Assembly: GCA_033764315.1 (NCBI GenBank)
Contig: JANRJA010000125.1
Location: 1-43,472 of the forward strand
Direction: 5' to 3'
DNA from: Oculatellaceae cyanobacterium bins.114
GTDB taxonomy: Bacteria > Cyanobacteriota > Cyanobacteriia > Elainellales > Elainellaceae
Length of the DNA: 43,472 nucleotides
A program made the translations under genes and the position numbers. Under the pieces are notes generated by a model. The model did not search any database, was not told the DNA's origin, and saw nothing but the letters and a program-made list of their open reading frames with translations. Each line of letters starts with the position of its first letter. The first letter of the stretch is position 1. Positions 9,886-19,356 of this stretch are shown piece after piece.

Positions 9886-12800
9886 TTATGAGGATGTTTG
9901 GTTAGATAAACGAGCCGTAACGACGAATATACCAGATGCAGAGAAAATCCCAGCTAGAGCAGCCGGAATCAGTGGCAACCACAGACCAGCCAGGATCAGG
10001 CTGAGTAAACAGATGAGATAGAGCAGGGCGATCGCCCCAAACGCGGCTAACCACAGGCGTAGAGGCGATCGAAAGACATACACAATGCTGCCTCCAACTA
10101 TACACCAAACCATAATCCACAGGGCTTCTGCTCCGGTTGACATGACTCGTAGCAAGAGTCGATTGTCTAAAACAGCACTGATCACCTGACTTGTGATTTG
10201 GGCTTGCACCATCACCCCCGGAATTGTGCGATAGGGGGTCGTCAAGATATCTCTGACGTTGTTTTCCGAGGTAACGCCAATGAGAATGATGCGGTCTTTC
10301 CAGGTGCGAGTGACCGATTCAGGAACTTCATCATTTAAAATTTGCCCAATCGTCACTCGCTCAGCGATGTTTTCTGGATCACCATCTGGAGCACGATAGT
10401 TTGCTAATATTTGAAATCCTGATGCGTCAATACCTTGATAGCCATTAGAAAAGCTCATCAGACGTTGAAACTCTACATCTCCCACCCGCAAGCTGCCATC
10501 GGCTGAGGTCACTGGATCTTGAGTCGGGATTCCTCCTCCAGGTTCTAACGCCAAATACTGTTGCGCTACCTGGAAACCGAACGACCATCCTGCTTGACAG
10601 GGAGCGTCTCCAGGTGGAATCGTACGAATTAGCAAGCGACGCACCACTTCATCGTCATCCAGCAAAACATCGTTAAAGGCAACGGTTTCCGGGGCTACTT
10701 CCGGTGGGGGCGCAACCCCACGCTGCTCCACTGACCCATCTTCGCTGATATTTGGGAGTTTACAAATGCTGACCAGACGATCGCTGTTTTGTAACTGTTG
10801 AACTAACGCAGGCACCTCTGGATCAACCGTAAAGTCGCGGTAAAAATCTAACCCAATCACACGAGGTTGGTATTGCTCCAATTTGTCCAGGAGTCGAGTC
10901 AACCCTTCATCGGAGAGAGTTCCCAATCCTTTTTCTCGCCGCTGCACTCGATTGATAATGTCGTCTTCTGTCACTTCAACAATCAAAATTCGGGAGTCAA
11001 CAGGTTCACTGGGGCGCAGTTTTACTAGATGGTCGAATGCCTTTAACTCCCAGGGTTGTAAGATGCCCAGCGATCGCATCATGATCAGCAAAAAAGTTGT
11101 GATCACAGTCGAGATAGCTACAGTACTAACTTTTGCTTGAGGAAAGGGAGATTTGCGGCTGGTCTGAATGTACTTTAACTGCAACGGAGAAGGAGCAGGC
11201 ATCTTGCCGCTTGATTGCGCCAACCACCGTTCTGAGGCAATTAGATCTTTGCCATAGAGCAGATAGCTAGAGTCATAGCCTTCGCGCTCCCACTCGATCG
11301 CGCGTAAGATTAACCGAGTGTGCGATCGCTTGTGTTCTTGATCGCTATCTAAGGTACGAATCAGTTCTCCTAAATTGAGATAAAAGTCATCCTGGCGTTT
11401 ATAAAAATCGATCCATTGCACCGCTGCTAATGCTGGATGTAAGTCAGCTGTGTTCACCGGACGATATAAAACCGTCACAATTCGCTTATTCAACTTCTTG
11501 GCATATTCAACTTCATCCACACAATAGGGAGAATTGATGGAGTTAGGAGAAATCACAAACAAAAAGTGATTGGAGATTTCAATTCCAGCAAAAATCTCTT
11601 TTTGAAAATCAGTGCCAGAGGCAATACTTTCTTGATCAAACCAGGTGCGTTTTCCCTGATTTTGTAAGGCATCATTTAACTTTCGGACAAAATCTGCATC
11701 AGCACGAGAATAGGAAATAAAGACATCCAGCGCAGCTTCATCAGGTTGACGCAAGCTTTCTGCAATAAAGTCTTCTTGCAGAGGGGTAGATGGATGCTGT
11801 GAGTTGTTGTGAGCAAGTTTTAACCAGGCTTCAGCATAACGCAGGTTATTACCTCGCAATAGCAAGCTAGAATTTCGTTGCTGCCGCTGCCATTTTAATG
11901 CTTTTGCTAACAGTAGTTTGTGTTGTCCAAAATAGTCTGCATCATGTCGCAAAATGCGAAATAATTTGCTTTCATCCTGTTGATAGTCTGTGTCTAGTAC
12001 GTTGTCGGTCAGGTCAATATATTGTAGCGATCGCAGTGCTGCTGGAATCTGTTCAGGCTCAGTTTTCTTAATTAATAAAGGAATAATGCGTTTGTTTAAA
12101 GAAAGAGCATAGTCAATTTCCCATTGACAATATTTTGACTGTAATGAGGCTGGAGAGATTAAATAAATAATGTTGTCGGCTTCTTCAATGCCACGGGCGA
12201 TCGCCTCTTGAAAATCGACTCCAGTTTGAATATCGGTCTTACTCCACCAAACAGTGAAACCTTGCCGAATCAGACTTTTAGAAATCAAAGTAGTCGTGAT
12301 GTCGTCTTCTTCTGCATGAGACAGAAACACTTCTGTCATCAAATTATTGGCATTCTTGCGACTTTCTGCGATGTATTCACAGTGCAGATCAGTGGGGATG
12401 CAGGGAGGCTTTTCTTCATGAAACCGAGTCATGAGCCAAGCTTCAGCTTGTTGCCGCTCTGCCCCCAGCAACAAATAGCGAGTCTGTCTGTGTTGCCGCT
12501 CCCACTCTAGTGCTTTTGTAAGCCAGTAGGTGTGTTGTTGCACATAGTCTTGATGTCGCTGAATGACGTTGATCAATCCTGCAAAAGCAGTGTCGAAGTC
12601 ATCCACCTGATCTCGGCAAAAGATCCAGTTGATCTTGGCGATCGCTGGGTGCAAATTGATCAAACTGGAGTGTAATCCTTTTGCTGTAAACTCATCCCAC
12701 TCGGCTGCTAAAGCGTTGGGATGACGCTGTTGCCAGATCTCCTGAGTAATTTGCTCAACGTGCAAAATGGGAATAATCCGCTTATTAAGCTGCACGGCTA

Positions 12801-13047
12801 GTTCAATTTCTTTGCCGCAGTACGAGGAGTTAACAGAGTGCGGCGCAATAATAAATAAAAAATTGTTGGCTTTGGCGATGCCGTCGTCAATCTGGTCTTG
12901 AAAGTCTACCCCTAAAGGAATGTCGTTTTGGTCAATCCAAACTTTATAGCCCTGTTCCGTTAATCTCTGATGGAGTTTGGCAGCAAGGGCTTTGCTATCT
13001 GCCCGTCCGTAGGAAATAAACGCATCTAAAAAATCTCCCACAGTCAC
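9886..13047 (-). CDS. Three tandem TIR domains, a TM helix, an extracytoplasmic CHASE2 domain and three C-terminal TM helices
   Basis: TIR starts DAFISYGRAD, EVFLSHAEED and DVFISYSRAD, each with YCxxE; CHASE2 motifs LQPWELKAFDHL..DSRILIVEVTEDDI, QPRVIGLDFYRD, PGVMVQAQITSQVISAVLD; hydrophobic C-terminus. Confidence 0.92.
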   Translation of the reverse strand: MTVGDFLDAFISYGRADSKALAAKLHQRLTEQGYKVWIDQNDIPLGVDFQDQIDDGIAKANNFLFIIAPHSVNSSYCGKEIELAVQLNKRIIPILHVEQITQEIWQQRHPNALAAEWDEFTAKGLHSSLINLHPAIAKINWIFCRDQVDDFDTAFAGLINVIQRHQDYVQQHTYWLTKALEWERQHRQTRYLLLGAERQQAEAWLMTRFHEEKPPCIPTDLHCEYIAESRKNANNLMTEVFLSHAEEDDITTTLISKSLIRQGFTVWWSKTDIQTGVDFQEAIARGIEEADNIIYLISPASLQSKYCQWEIDYALSLNKRIIPLLIKKTEPEQIPAALRSLQYIDLTDNVLDTDYQQDESKLFRILRHDADYFGQHKLLLAKALKWQRQQRNSSLLLRGNNLRYAEAWLKLAHNNSQHPSTPLQEDFIAESLRQPDEAALDVFISYSRADADFVRKLNDALQNQGKRTWFDQESIASGTDFQKEIFAGIEISNHFLFVISPNSINSPYCVDEVEYAKKLNKRIVTVLYRPVNTADLHPALAAVQWIDFYKRQDDFYLNLGELIRTLDSDQEHKRSHTRLILRAIEWEREGYDSSYLLYGKDLIASERWLAQSSGKMPAPSPLQLKYIQTSRKSPFPQAKVSTVAISTVITTFLLIMMRSLGILQPWELKAFDHLVKLRPSEPVDSRILIVEVTEDDIINRVQRREKGLGTLSDEGLTRLLDKLEQYQPRVIGLDFYRDFTVDPEVPALVQQLQNSDRLVSICKLPNISEDGSVEQRGVAPPPEVAPETVAFNDVLLDDDEVVRRLLIRTIPPGDAPCQAGWSFGFQVAQQYLALEPGGGIPTQDPVTSADGSLRVGDVEFQRLMSFSNGYQGIDASGFQILANYRAPDGDPENIAERVTIGQILNDEVPESVTRTWKDRIILIGVTSENNVRDILTTPYRTIPGVMVQAQITSQVISAVLDNRLLLRVMSTGAEALWIMVWCIVGGSIVYVFRSPLRLWLAAFGAIALLYLICLLSLILAGLWLPLIPAALAGIFSASGIFVVTARLSNQTSS

Positions 13048-13248
13048 AACCGCCTTTCTAAGCTCGTTTAACAGTTCAGGGCAACATTGAAGTATCTCAA
13101 CATTTTGCAGTACCCGTAGTAATATATCAACTGTCTAGACAGCTGATATAGTCCGCGAAGGACGTTTAGCGAAGCTTAGTCGAATCGTGAACTCCGTCTT
13201 GATAGCCGCGAATTCATTCGCAAAAGGCTTAACTTAAATTGATGTTAG

Positions 13249-13923
13249 CTATTCTTGAGTTGTCGTGATCAGCGGATCAGGAACTGGGAAAGAACGCTTT
13301 TCAAGCAACGTAAATTGTCGTAACCCCGCATTATAAGCAAAGACCATGCCTGATTCGATTTCATAGATCCAGGCGTGCAGGTTCAGTTGACCGCTGTGAA
13401 TCTTAGAGCGAATAGCGGGGTAAGTCTCCAGATTTTTAACCTGGGTTAACACGTTCTGTTCAATGGCAATTTTCCAGAGTTGCTCAGGCTCCAGGTCTCT
13501 GTAATTATCTAGAACCAAACGACGAGTCGCTTCACCGTGACGTTTTAGCCAGTCATACACCAGAGGCATTTGCTCTGACAGACTGCCGATTTGTAGCAAC
13601 CCCTTCATTGCCCCACAGTAGGAGTGCCCACAAATAATGACGTCTTTAATATTTAACCCCTGCACAGCATACTCAATTCCAGCGGCTTCAGCACTGTTTG
13701 CAGAGCCATACGCGGGGATGATATTCCCGACATTTCGCATGACAAACAACTCACCCGGTTGGGCTTGAGTAATCAAACAGGGATCAATGCGGGAATCAGA
13801 GCAGGTAATAAATAAAACCTCTGGCGATTGCCCAGCAGATAACCGCTCAAACAACTCACGATGATCGTTGAAGTAATTGTTGTGAAAGGCATTAAGCCCT
13901 TGAATAAGACCTGTGACTGACAT
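13249..13923 (-). CDS. Beta-class carbonic anhydrase
   Basis: Zinc ligands in CSDSR and HSYCGAM; GELFVMRNVGN; AAGGAG ribosome-binding site. Confidence 0.95.
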   Translation of the reverse strand: MSVTGLIQGLNAFHNNYFNDHRELFERLSAGQSPEVLFITCSDSRIDPCLITQAQPGELFVMRNVGNIIPAYGSANSAEAAGIEYAVQGLNIKDVIICGHSYCGAMKGLLQIGSLSEQMPLVYDWLKRHGEATRRLVLDNYRDLEPEQLWKIAIEQNVLTQVKNLETYPAIRSKIHSGQLNLHAWIYEIESGMVFAYNAGLRQFTLLEKRSFPVPDPLITTTQE

Positions 13924-14079
13924 GGTTCTCCTTCCAAAGGTTGGTCAAACACGAGATATATCTAAATTCCCGTTTCTTAACGATGGCGATCCTCAGTCCT
14001 ATCTTTCCCTAACTACAATCACGATATTCCACTTTCCATAGTTTTATTAAAAAAAATAAAGTTTGTCCATGCAAACTCT

Positions 14080-14268
14080 TATATCTCAGTCCTAAATTAG
14101 TTGTGAGATTGGGGAGTGCGCTTCTTACAACCCATCTAGGATTGCTATATAGCAGTACCCTGCTGGGTGAAGTACGGGGTGCAGTGACCGCTGTAAGGTA
14201 CACAATTTGAAGGGGTAAGGGAATTTGCCTTTAACCCCCCTCTCACCAACACGGCTATAGCTGTATAG
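14080..14268. mobile_element. Two abutting MITE-like elements with TATAGC-type ends
   Basis: cagtcctaaattagttgtgaga...tcttacaacccatctaggattgctata inverted pair, then tatagcagta...acggggtgcag...gctata; the acggggtgcag core recurs in the 42524-42629 element. Confidence 0.55.
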
Positions 14269-14276
14269 ACCGTCGA

Positions 14277-15173
14277 TTAATGAGCGATCGCCCCTACTAA
14301 ATTGGCTTGGCTGAGCTGAGTTAACGCATTCTCCGCCAAAATGTGATGGGTAGCCGTAGTGGGATGAATGCCATCCCAAAACAAAAACTGATCAGGCTGC
14401 TTACAAACGGTGAGATTGACCAGACAGGTGTTGGTGACATTCTGAAAGCCAAACTTGGTTGGATAAGCAATCACCGATTGATAGAGTGAATACACATCTA
14501 ATTCGATCAATTGCAGTTCAGCATGAGACTGTTGACCTGAGACCTTGAGTAATCGGCGTAAGTTGGAATTGTGAGTTTTAGTGAGGTCGGTGAGTGCCTT
14601 GGCTCTAGCCGTGTCACGTGTTGCTGGAAGATTGCCTAGATCGGGTAAATTAGCGATCAAAATATGTTTTGCACCTTTAGAGATCAGGGCTTGCAACGCA
14701 CTCGATGCATTCGCGATCGCCTGCTCAGGAGTCGCGATGTCTTGTAGGTAATCGTTGGCACCTGCCCACATAACGTATAACCCCGATGGGTTGAGTGACT
14801 GTCGAGTTGTGATAAAGGTTTCAATTTGGGTGACTACTGGTGGAACTGGTAATGAAGAACCACCTCCCAGAGTGGCTCCACCCCAGGCAGAGTTGGTAAT
14901 CTTGTCAGCAGACAGATTTAACTGCTTGGCAAGATATTCGACCCAGACCAATCCATTTGAGTAACGTCCTTGAAAATAAGGAGGACTAGGAGGAGAAAGT
15001 TTACCAGAGGTTTGAAACACATTGCCAATATCAGAAAGACTATCTCCAAAGACATAGATTTCATCAACGGAATGAGTTTTAGGAATAAGCGTGACGAGTA
15101 AAGTCATAAGTAGTGCCAAGAGTGCGAGACCCACAAGTAAAATTCTTTTTTGAACATGCAACTGTAGCAGCAT
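14277..15173 (-). CDS. SGNH/GDSL lipase-esterase, exported
   Basis: FGDSLSD, GRYSNG, WAGAND and FWDGIHPT blocks; N-terminal hydrophobic segment. Confidence 0.93.
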   Translation of the reverse strand: MLLQLHVQKRILLVGLALLALLMTLLVTLIPKTHSVDEIYVFGDSLSDIGNVFQTSGKLSPPSPPYFQGRYSNGLVWVEYLAKQLNLSADKITNSAWGGATLGGGSSLPVPPVVTQIETFITTRQSLNPSGLYVMWAGANDYLQDIATPEQAIANASSALQALISKGAKHILIANLPDLGNLPATRDTARAKALTDLTKTHNSNLRRLLKVSGQQSHAELQLIELDVYSLYQSVIAYPTKFGFQNVTNTCLVNLTVCKQPDQFLFWDGIHPTTATHHILAENALTQLSQANLVGAIAH

Positions 15174-15238
15174 TTAAGCAGGAATAACGCACCCCTATAC
15201 TGTAACGACTCCTCTTCGAGATGGCAAAATCATGCTTT

Positions 15239-16906
15239 TCAAAAGGGAGTCTGAGTCTTGAGGTGAATGATTTGTTTAGACTGAGGATGGTGAAAGATAA
15301 GTTCCCTGGCATGAAGATATAAACGATCTACATTTACCGCATCACCATAGAGGCGATCGCCCTTGATTGGAGCACCCAGTCCTTGGGCATCTGCTGCATG
15401 AACTCTGAGTTGATGAGTGCGTCCCGTTAAGGGCACAAACTCCATTCGAGTGAATTGCTGTTCTCGTGCCATCACTTGAAACTGGGTAGTACTGGGTTTG
15501 CCTCGGTGCAGATCGACAATTTGATAAGGGCGATCGCTCGGATCTCCCCACAATGGCAACTCAATCACTCCCTGATCTATTGTTACGATACCTGTCAAAA
15601 TAGCTTCGTAGACCTTGTGCACCTGTCGTTGTTGAAATTGTTGGCTCAGTGCCCGATATGTTGGTAAATCGCGTGCTACTAGCAAAATTCCGGATGTATC
15701 TTGGTCAAGTCGGTGAACTGCTCTTAACTTCTGATCCGGAAAAAGCCCTTGCAATCGGCTCACAACACTATCCTGGCGATCGCGATAACGACCTGGAATC
15801 GAGAGTAGCCCAGCAGGTTTGTTCACCGCGATGAACCCCTCATCTTCATACACCGTCGAGAGACTGAACTGAACAGGATCACCTGTGGCAGCTATCAATT
15901 TTTGCGGTAAGCCAGACAGCAAGAAGCCCATGATTGGTTGACACCGCTCAACACACGCCCCATAGAACTCTCCTTGCACTTTGTCCCCACTCGCAAAAGA
16001 TCCCCACCAAAACTCTGCCATCGCCAGAGGTTTCAACCCCTGTGTCGCAGCATAGTGAAGCAGTTTGGGTGCACAGCAATCCCCTGTGCCAGTTGGCAAA
16101 AAGCCATTGGGCATAAGGTGATGTAGAGATACTGATCGCCCTGCAAAATTAGTCAACTGAAAGGTTTCATACATCTGAGTTTGCAGTTGTCGCGACAGTT
16201 CCTTGCGGTGTCGTTTGAGCTGTTGCATCTGAGCATCTGCTTGGGCGATCGCCTGTTTCAACGGTTGTAATATCTGATCGCGGTGTTGTTTTAATCGGCG
16301 TTGTTCGATTCCTTCATGACGACTGCGATCGTTTAATGTCTCCAGAGCAATCTCTAAAGCCTCTCCATTAAGACATGTAAGTAACTCTTGTCGTTGGTGT
16401 TGTCGCTCTATTTTTTGTTGTTGATGACGTTGTTTAAGGTGTTGTAACTGCTGTTCAAATGCTTGAGATACGATCTCAAAATTCTGTCGCTCTGGTAAGT
16501 TGTGGAGTGTAATCAGTTGTTGTTTGATCGTCTCTAATTGAGTTAGCGTCTGAGCCTCTATCAAAGTAATGCGATCGCGCCCCGGTATCGGTGGCACCCA
16601 ACCCTCAAGCACCCCATCGCCATTGAGTAACCCAGAAAAAGCCTTCAGCACTCGCAGTCCTGTGGGTGTTTCGACTAACAGCACCCCATACATTTTGCCT
16701 TCACGGGAATAGCGTTCATCTTGAATCAGTTGGCGCATCAATCCCTGGGCGATCGCCTCTACTAATCTCGTTCGCGGCAAGGTCAACAACTCACCCGTTT
16801 GTGGGCAATACCCTTCATACCAATACTCAATGGCGATCGAGTCTATAACCGTGTCAGGATCAACAAAATCTGTTATGGGATGTAGAGTAACAACGTCACT
16901 TTTCAT
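15239..16906 (-). CDS. RluA-family pseudouridine synthase with long N-terminal extension
   Basis: NKPAGLLS, catalytic HRLDQDTSG and TGRTHQLRVH; N-terminal EGKMYGVL, coiled coil and GTGDCCAPKLL. Confidence 0.92.
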   Translation of the reverse strand: MKSDVVTLHPITDFVDPDTVIDSIAIEYWYEGYCPQTGELLTLPRTRLVEAIAQGLMRQLIQDERYSREGKMYGVLLVETPTGLRVLKAFSGLLNGDGVLEGWVPPIPGRDRITLIEAQTLTQLETIKQQLITLHNLPERQNFEIVSQAFEQQLQHLKQRHQQQKIERQHQRQELLTCLNGEALEIALETLNDRSRHEGIEQRRLKQHRDQILQPLKQAIAQADAQMQQLKRHRKELSRQLQTQMYETFQLTNFAGRSVSLHHLMPNGFLPTGTGDCCAPKLLHYAATQGLKPLAMAEFWWGSFASGDKVQGEFYGACVERCQPIMGFLLSGLPQKLIAATGDPVQFSLSTVYEDEGFIAVNKPAGLLSIPGRYRDRQDSVVSRLQGLFPDQKLRAVHRLDQDTSGILLVARDLPTYRALSQQFQQRQVHKVYEAILTGIVTIDQGVIELPLWGDPSDRPYQIVDLHRGKPSTTQFQVMAREQQFTRMEFVPLTGRTHQLRVHAADAQGLGAPIKGDRLYGDAVNVDRLYLHARELIFHHPQSKQIIHLKTQTPF

Positions 16907-17106
16907 GGCTTGTTGGCTTTCCAGGTGCCACCATATTCATAAAAGGGATTGTTGTGACTGACCCCATCCCAACAGCGACGACAGACAAACACCCACTCTC
17001 TCGACTCATCGTGCTGCACGCGATAGAGCACAGGTTCGAGTTGCTGACAGTGAGCACAGGGTTTTTGCCGCGATCGCACCATGAGAAACGGTTTATGAAG
17101 GTCCAT
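16903..17106 (-). CDS. Small hypothetical protein, putative zinc ribbon
   Basis: CAHC...CRRC and YEYGGTWKA; its stop overlaps the RluA start (ATGA). Confidence 0.65.
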   Translation of the reverse strand: MDLHKPFLMVRSRQKPCAHCQQLEPVLYRVQHDESREWVFVCRRCWDGVSHNNPFYEYGGTWKANKP

Positions 17107-17179
17107 CTTAGATCTTACTCTCGTTCCTAGCCTCCTGCCTGGACTATCCTAGTGATAACTTCCCACTCTCCCGTTGACT

Positions 17180-19315
17180 ATGACCGGACTCGAACCCTGG
17201 ATCGCTGGCTTAGCTGGATTGGCACTCGACACTGTCAAAGAAACCGCCAAAGAAGAGTCGGGCGGTACATTAACTCGCTGGCTCAACACTGACCTCGGCA
17301 AAACGGCAGAGCAAATCTTTTATCGAGCTTCTGGGCAATATGCAGCCAACTATCGCGAGCGACACGGCAAGCTCAAAGTCGCCTGTGTGCGAATGGATGA
17401 GCCAATCGAACTGGATCAAATTTACACCGCTGTGCAACTGCTCGATCGCTCGGTGTTGCCCTACTACGAGTCGATCGATGGGCTTCAGGACTTATATCGA
17501 CAGCAAAACAACCGTAGTTTTGGGATTAATCAAAAGACGAGACAAGATGGCATCGCCATTGCCAATCGGGAATCTTACCTATTGGTGTTGGGTGGTCCAG
17601 GTGTGGGCAAGTCTACGTTCCTTCGCAAAGTTGGGTTAGAGGCACTCAAGCGCAAACAGGGAAGCTATCAACCTCAGTGCATTCCCGTTTTTATTGCTCT
17701 GCAACGGTTTCGATCGAGTGACATCACGTTGGAACAGTTGATCGCCAAAGAATTTGAAACCTGTGGCTTCCCGGAACCCGTTGCCTTTGCTCGAGCCATG
17801 CTCAAAAAGGGCAAGTTGTTGCTGCTGTTGGATGGATTAGATGAAGTGCCCAAGTCAGTCGAAGACCATGTGATTACCCAGATTCAAGATCTGGTCGATC
17901 GCTACAGTACCAATCGCTTCATTGCATCGTGTCGTGTGGCGGCTTACAAAGGCGGCTTTCCTCGCTTCAAAGATGTAGCAATGGCACCCTTTGATGATGA
18001 ACAGATTGAGCAATTTATCCATAAACGGTTTCAATCAGAGAAGGATCGAGAAGCACAAACCGCTGAGAACTGCTGGAGTTTATTGAAACAATCGGAATAC
18101 AAGGCAGCAAAGGAACTGGCTCAAACGCCCCTGTTACTCACCCTGCTGTGTGAGGTCTATGACAAATCGCTGCACTTCCCTAAAAATCGCTCGGCTTTGT
18201 ATGGTGAAGCCTTGGATGTGTTGCTCAAAGAATGGGCGGCAGAAAAACGCATCCAGCGTGATCCCATCTATCAAGAATTGAGCATTGAACTGGAACGAGA
18301 ATTATTAGCTGACATTGCCTTTGACAGCTTCAAGAACAACCAATTGTTCTTTGCTAAACGCGATATTACCAGCCGGATCAAAGCCTTTTTAGTCAGCAAC
18401 TTAAATGCCCCAAAACATTTGGATGGGGAACAGGTGCTAGAAGCGATCGAAGTGCAACAGGGCATTTTGGTCGAACGCGCCAGAGATGCCTATTCGTTTT
18501 CGCATTTGACGTTTCAAGAATATCTCACCGCTCAATACATCGTTGATAATCAGCAAATTGCATGGCTAGTTGAGCATCATCTCACCGATGAACGCTGGAA
18601 AGAAGTCTTTTTACTCGTTGCCGGATTGATCACCGGACGTAAGGGAGCCGATGAATTGTTGTTAGCCGTGGAGCACCAGGCTCAAACGTTTATCAACACC
18701 CCTAAACTCAAAGCCTTATTAACCTGGGCAGAGGTTGCCACCACTGGCTCTGAGGGTGAGCAACAACCTGCTGCCAAGCGAGCCGCTGCTATTTTTCTCT
18801 CCCGCTCCCTCGACCGCTCCCTCGACCTCGACCTCTCCCGCTCCCTCTCCCGCTCCCTCTCCCGCTCCCGCTCCCTCGACCTCGACCTCGACCGCTCCCT
18901 CGACCTCGACTTCTACCTCGACCTCTCCCTCTCCCTCTCCCGCTCCCGCTCCCGCTCGCTCTCCCTCGACCTCTACTTCTACCTCTCCCGCTCCCTCGAC
19001 AAAATAAAAATTTTTAAAGCCGTTCAGTTTGGGGTATTGAGACAACAGCTGGAGGCATTGCGAGATCAGATTCCAAATGATGATCAACCGATTGAAGTTC
19101 GTCGTGCCTTTGTTGAGCAGATCTATCAGTGTTGGTGGGATGCGCTGGGTTTGGAGGCAGAAGTTACAAAGTTATCTGACGATGAGGTAAAAGCTTTGGA
19201 GCAATATCTCTATGGCAATTGGTTAATGGTGCAGTGCAAAGAAGCAGCGGTGCGGGTGTCACCTGACGTGTGGGAGGGGATTGAGGGCAGGATGTTGACG
19301 GTTCAAGAAGGGTAA
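17180..19315 (+). CDS. NACHT-domain (STAND) NTPase with C-terminal low-complexity tract and helical domain
   Basis: Walker A GGPGVGKST, Walker B LLLLDGLDEV, SCR, TPLLLTLLC, FSHLTFQEYLTA, WKEVFLL; C-terminal YLYGNWLMVQCKEAA..VSPDVWEGIE. Confidence 0.93.
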   Translation: MTGLEPWIAGLAGLALDTVKETAKEESGGTLTRWLNTDLGKTAEQIFYRASGQYAANYRERHGKLKVACVRMDEPIELDQIYTAVQLLDRSVLPYYESIDGLQDLYRQQNNRSFGINQKTRQDGIAIANRESYLLVLGGPGVGKSTFLRKVGLEALKRKQGSYQPQCIPVFIALQRFRSSDITLEQLIAKEFETCGFPEPVAFARAMLKKGKLLLLLDGLDEVPKSVEDHVITQIQDLVDRYSTNRFIASCRVAAYKGGFPRFKDVAMAPFDDEQIEQFIHKRFQSEKDREAQTAENCWSLLKQSEYKAAKELAQTPLLLTLLCEVYDKSLHFPKNRSALYGEALDVLLKEWAAEKRIQRDPIYQELSIELERELLADIAFDSFKNNQLFFAKRDITSRIKAFLVSNLNAPKHLDGEQVLEAIEVQQGILVERARDAYSFSHLTFQEYLTAQYIVDNQQIAWLVEHHLTDERWKEVFLLVAGLITGRKGADELLLAVEHQAQTFINTPKLKALLTWAEVATTGSEGEQQPAAKRAAAIFLSRSLDRSLDLDLSRSLSRSLSRSRSLDLDLDRSLDLDFYLDLSLSLSRSRSRSLSLDLYFYLSRSLDKIKIFKAVQFGVLRQQLEALRDQIPNDDQPIEVRRAFVEQIYQCWWDALGLEAEVTKLSDDEVKALEQYLYGNWLMVQCKEAAVRVSPDVWEGIEGRMLTVQEG
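18797..19000 (+). repeat. Coding hexamer array of 34 units (CTC/CGC/TTC)(TCC/GAC/TAC)
   Basis: Read directly; encodes LS, RS, LD, FY and LY dipeptides; the third codon base is C in all but one codon. Confidence 0.95.
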
Positions 19316-19356
19316 AATGGCAGAGGCAAAGCATTTAGCAAATGGCGCATGATTCC

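Noticed and set aside
13145..13225. Repeat remnant (gtccgcgaagg...tagccgcgaattcattcgc)
   Set aside because: Resembles a cyanobacterial dispersed repeat, but it is single-copy here and its ends cannot be defined.
18797..19000. Diversity-generating retroelement variable region (NNC codon pattern)
   Set aside because: No reverse transcriptase or AAC-rich template copy in the window; the small hexamer vocabulary fits slippage better. A remote template is not excluded without a genome search.
18719..19087. ORFs 18719-19087 (-) and 18735-19007 (+) with EVEVEG and STSTSP repeats
   Set aside because: Alternative-frame read-through of the stop-free hexamer tract inside the NACHT gene.
17180..19315. 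Apparent lack of perfect HIP1 sites in the NACHT gene as evidence of horizontal transfer
   Set aside because: Judged by eye only, and the interior of ppsA is also HIP1-poor; needs a proper count.
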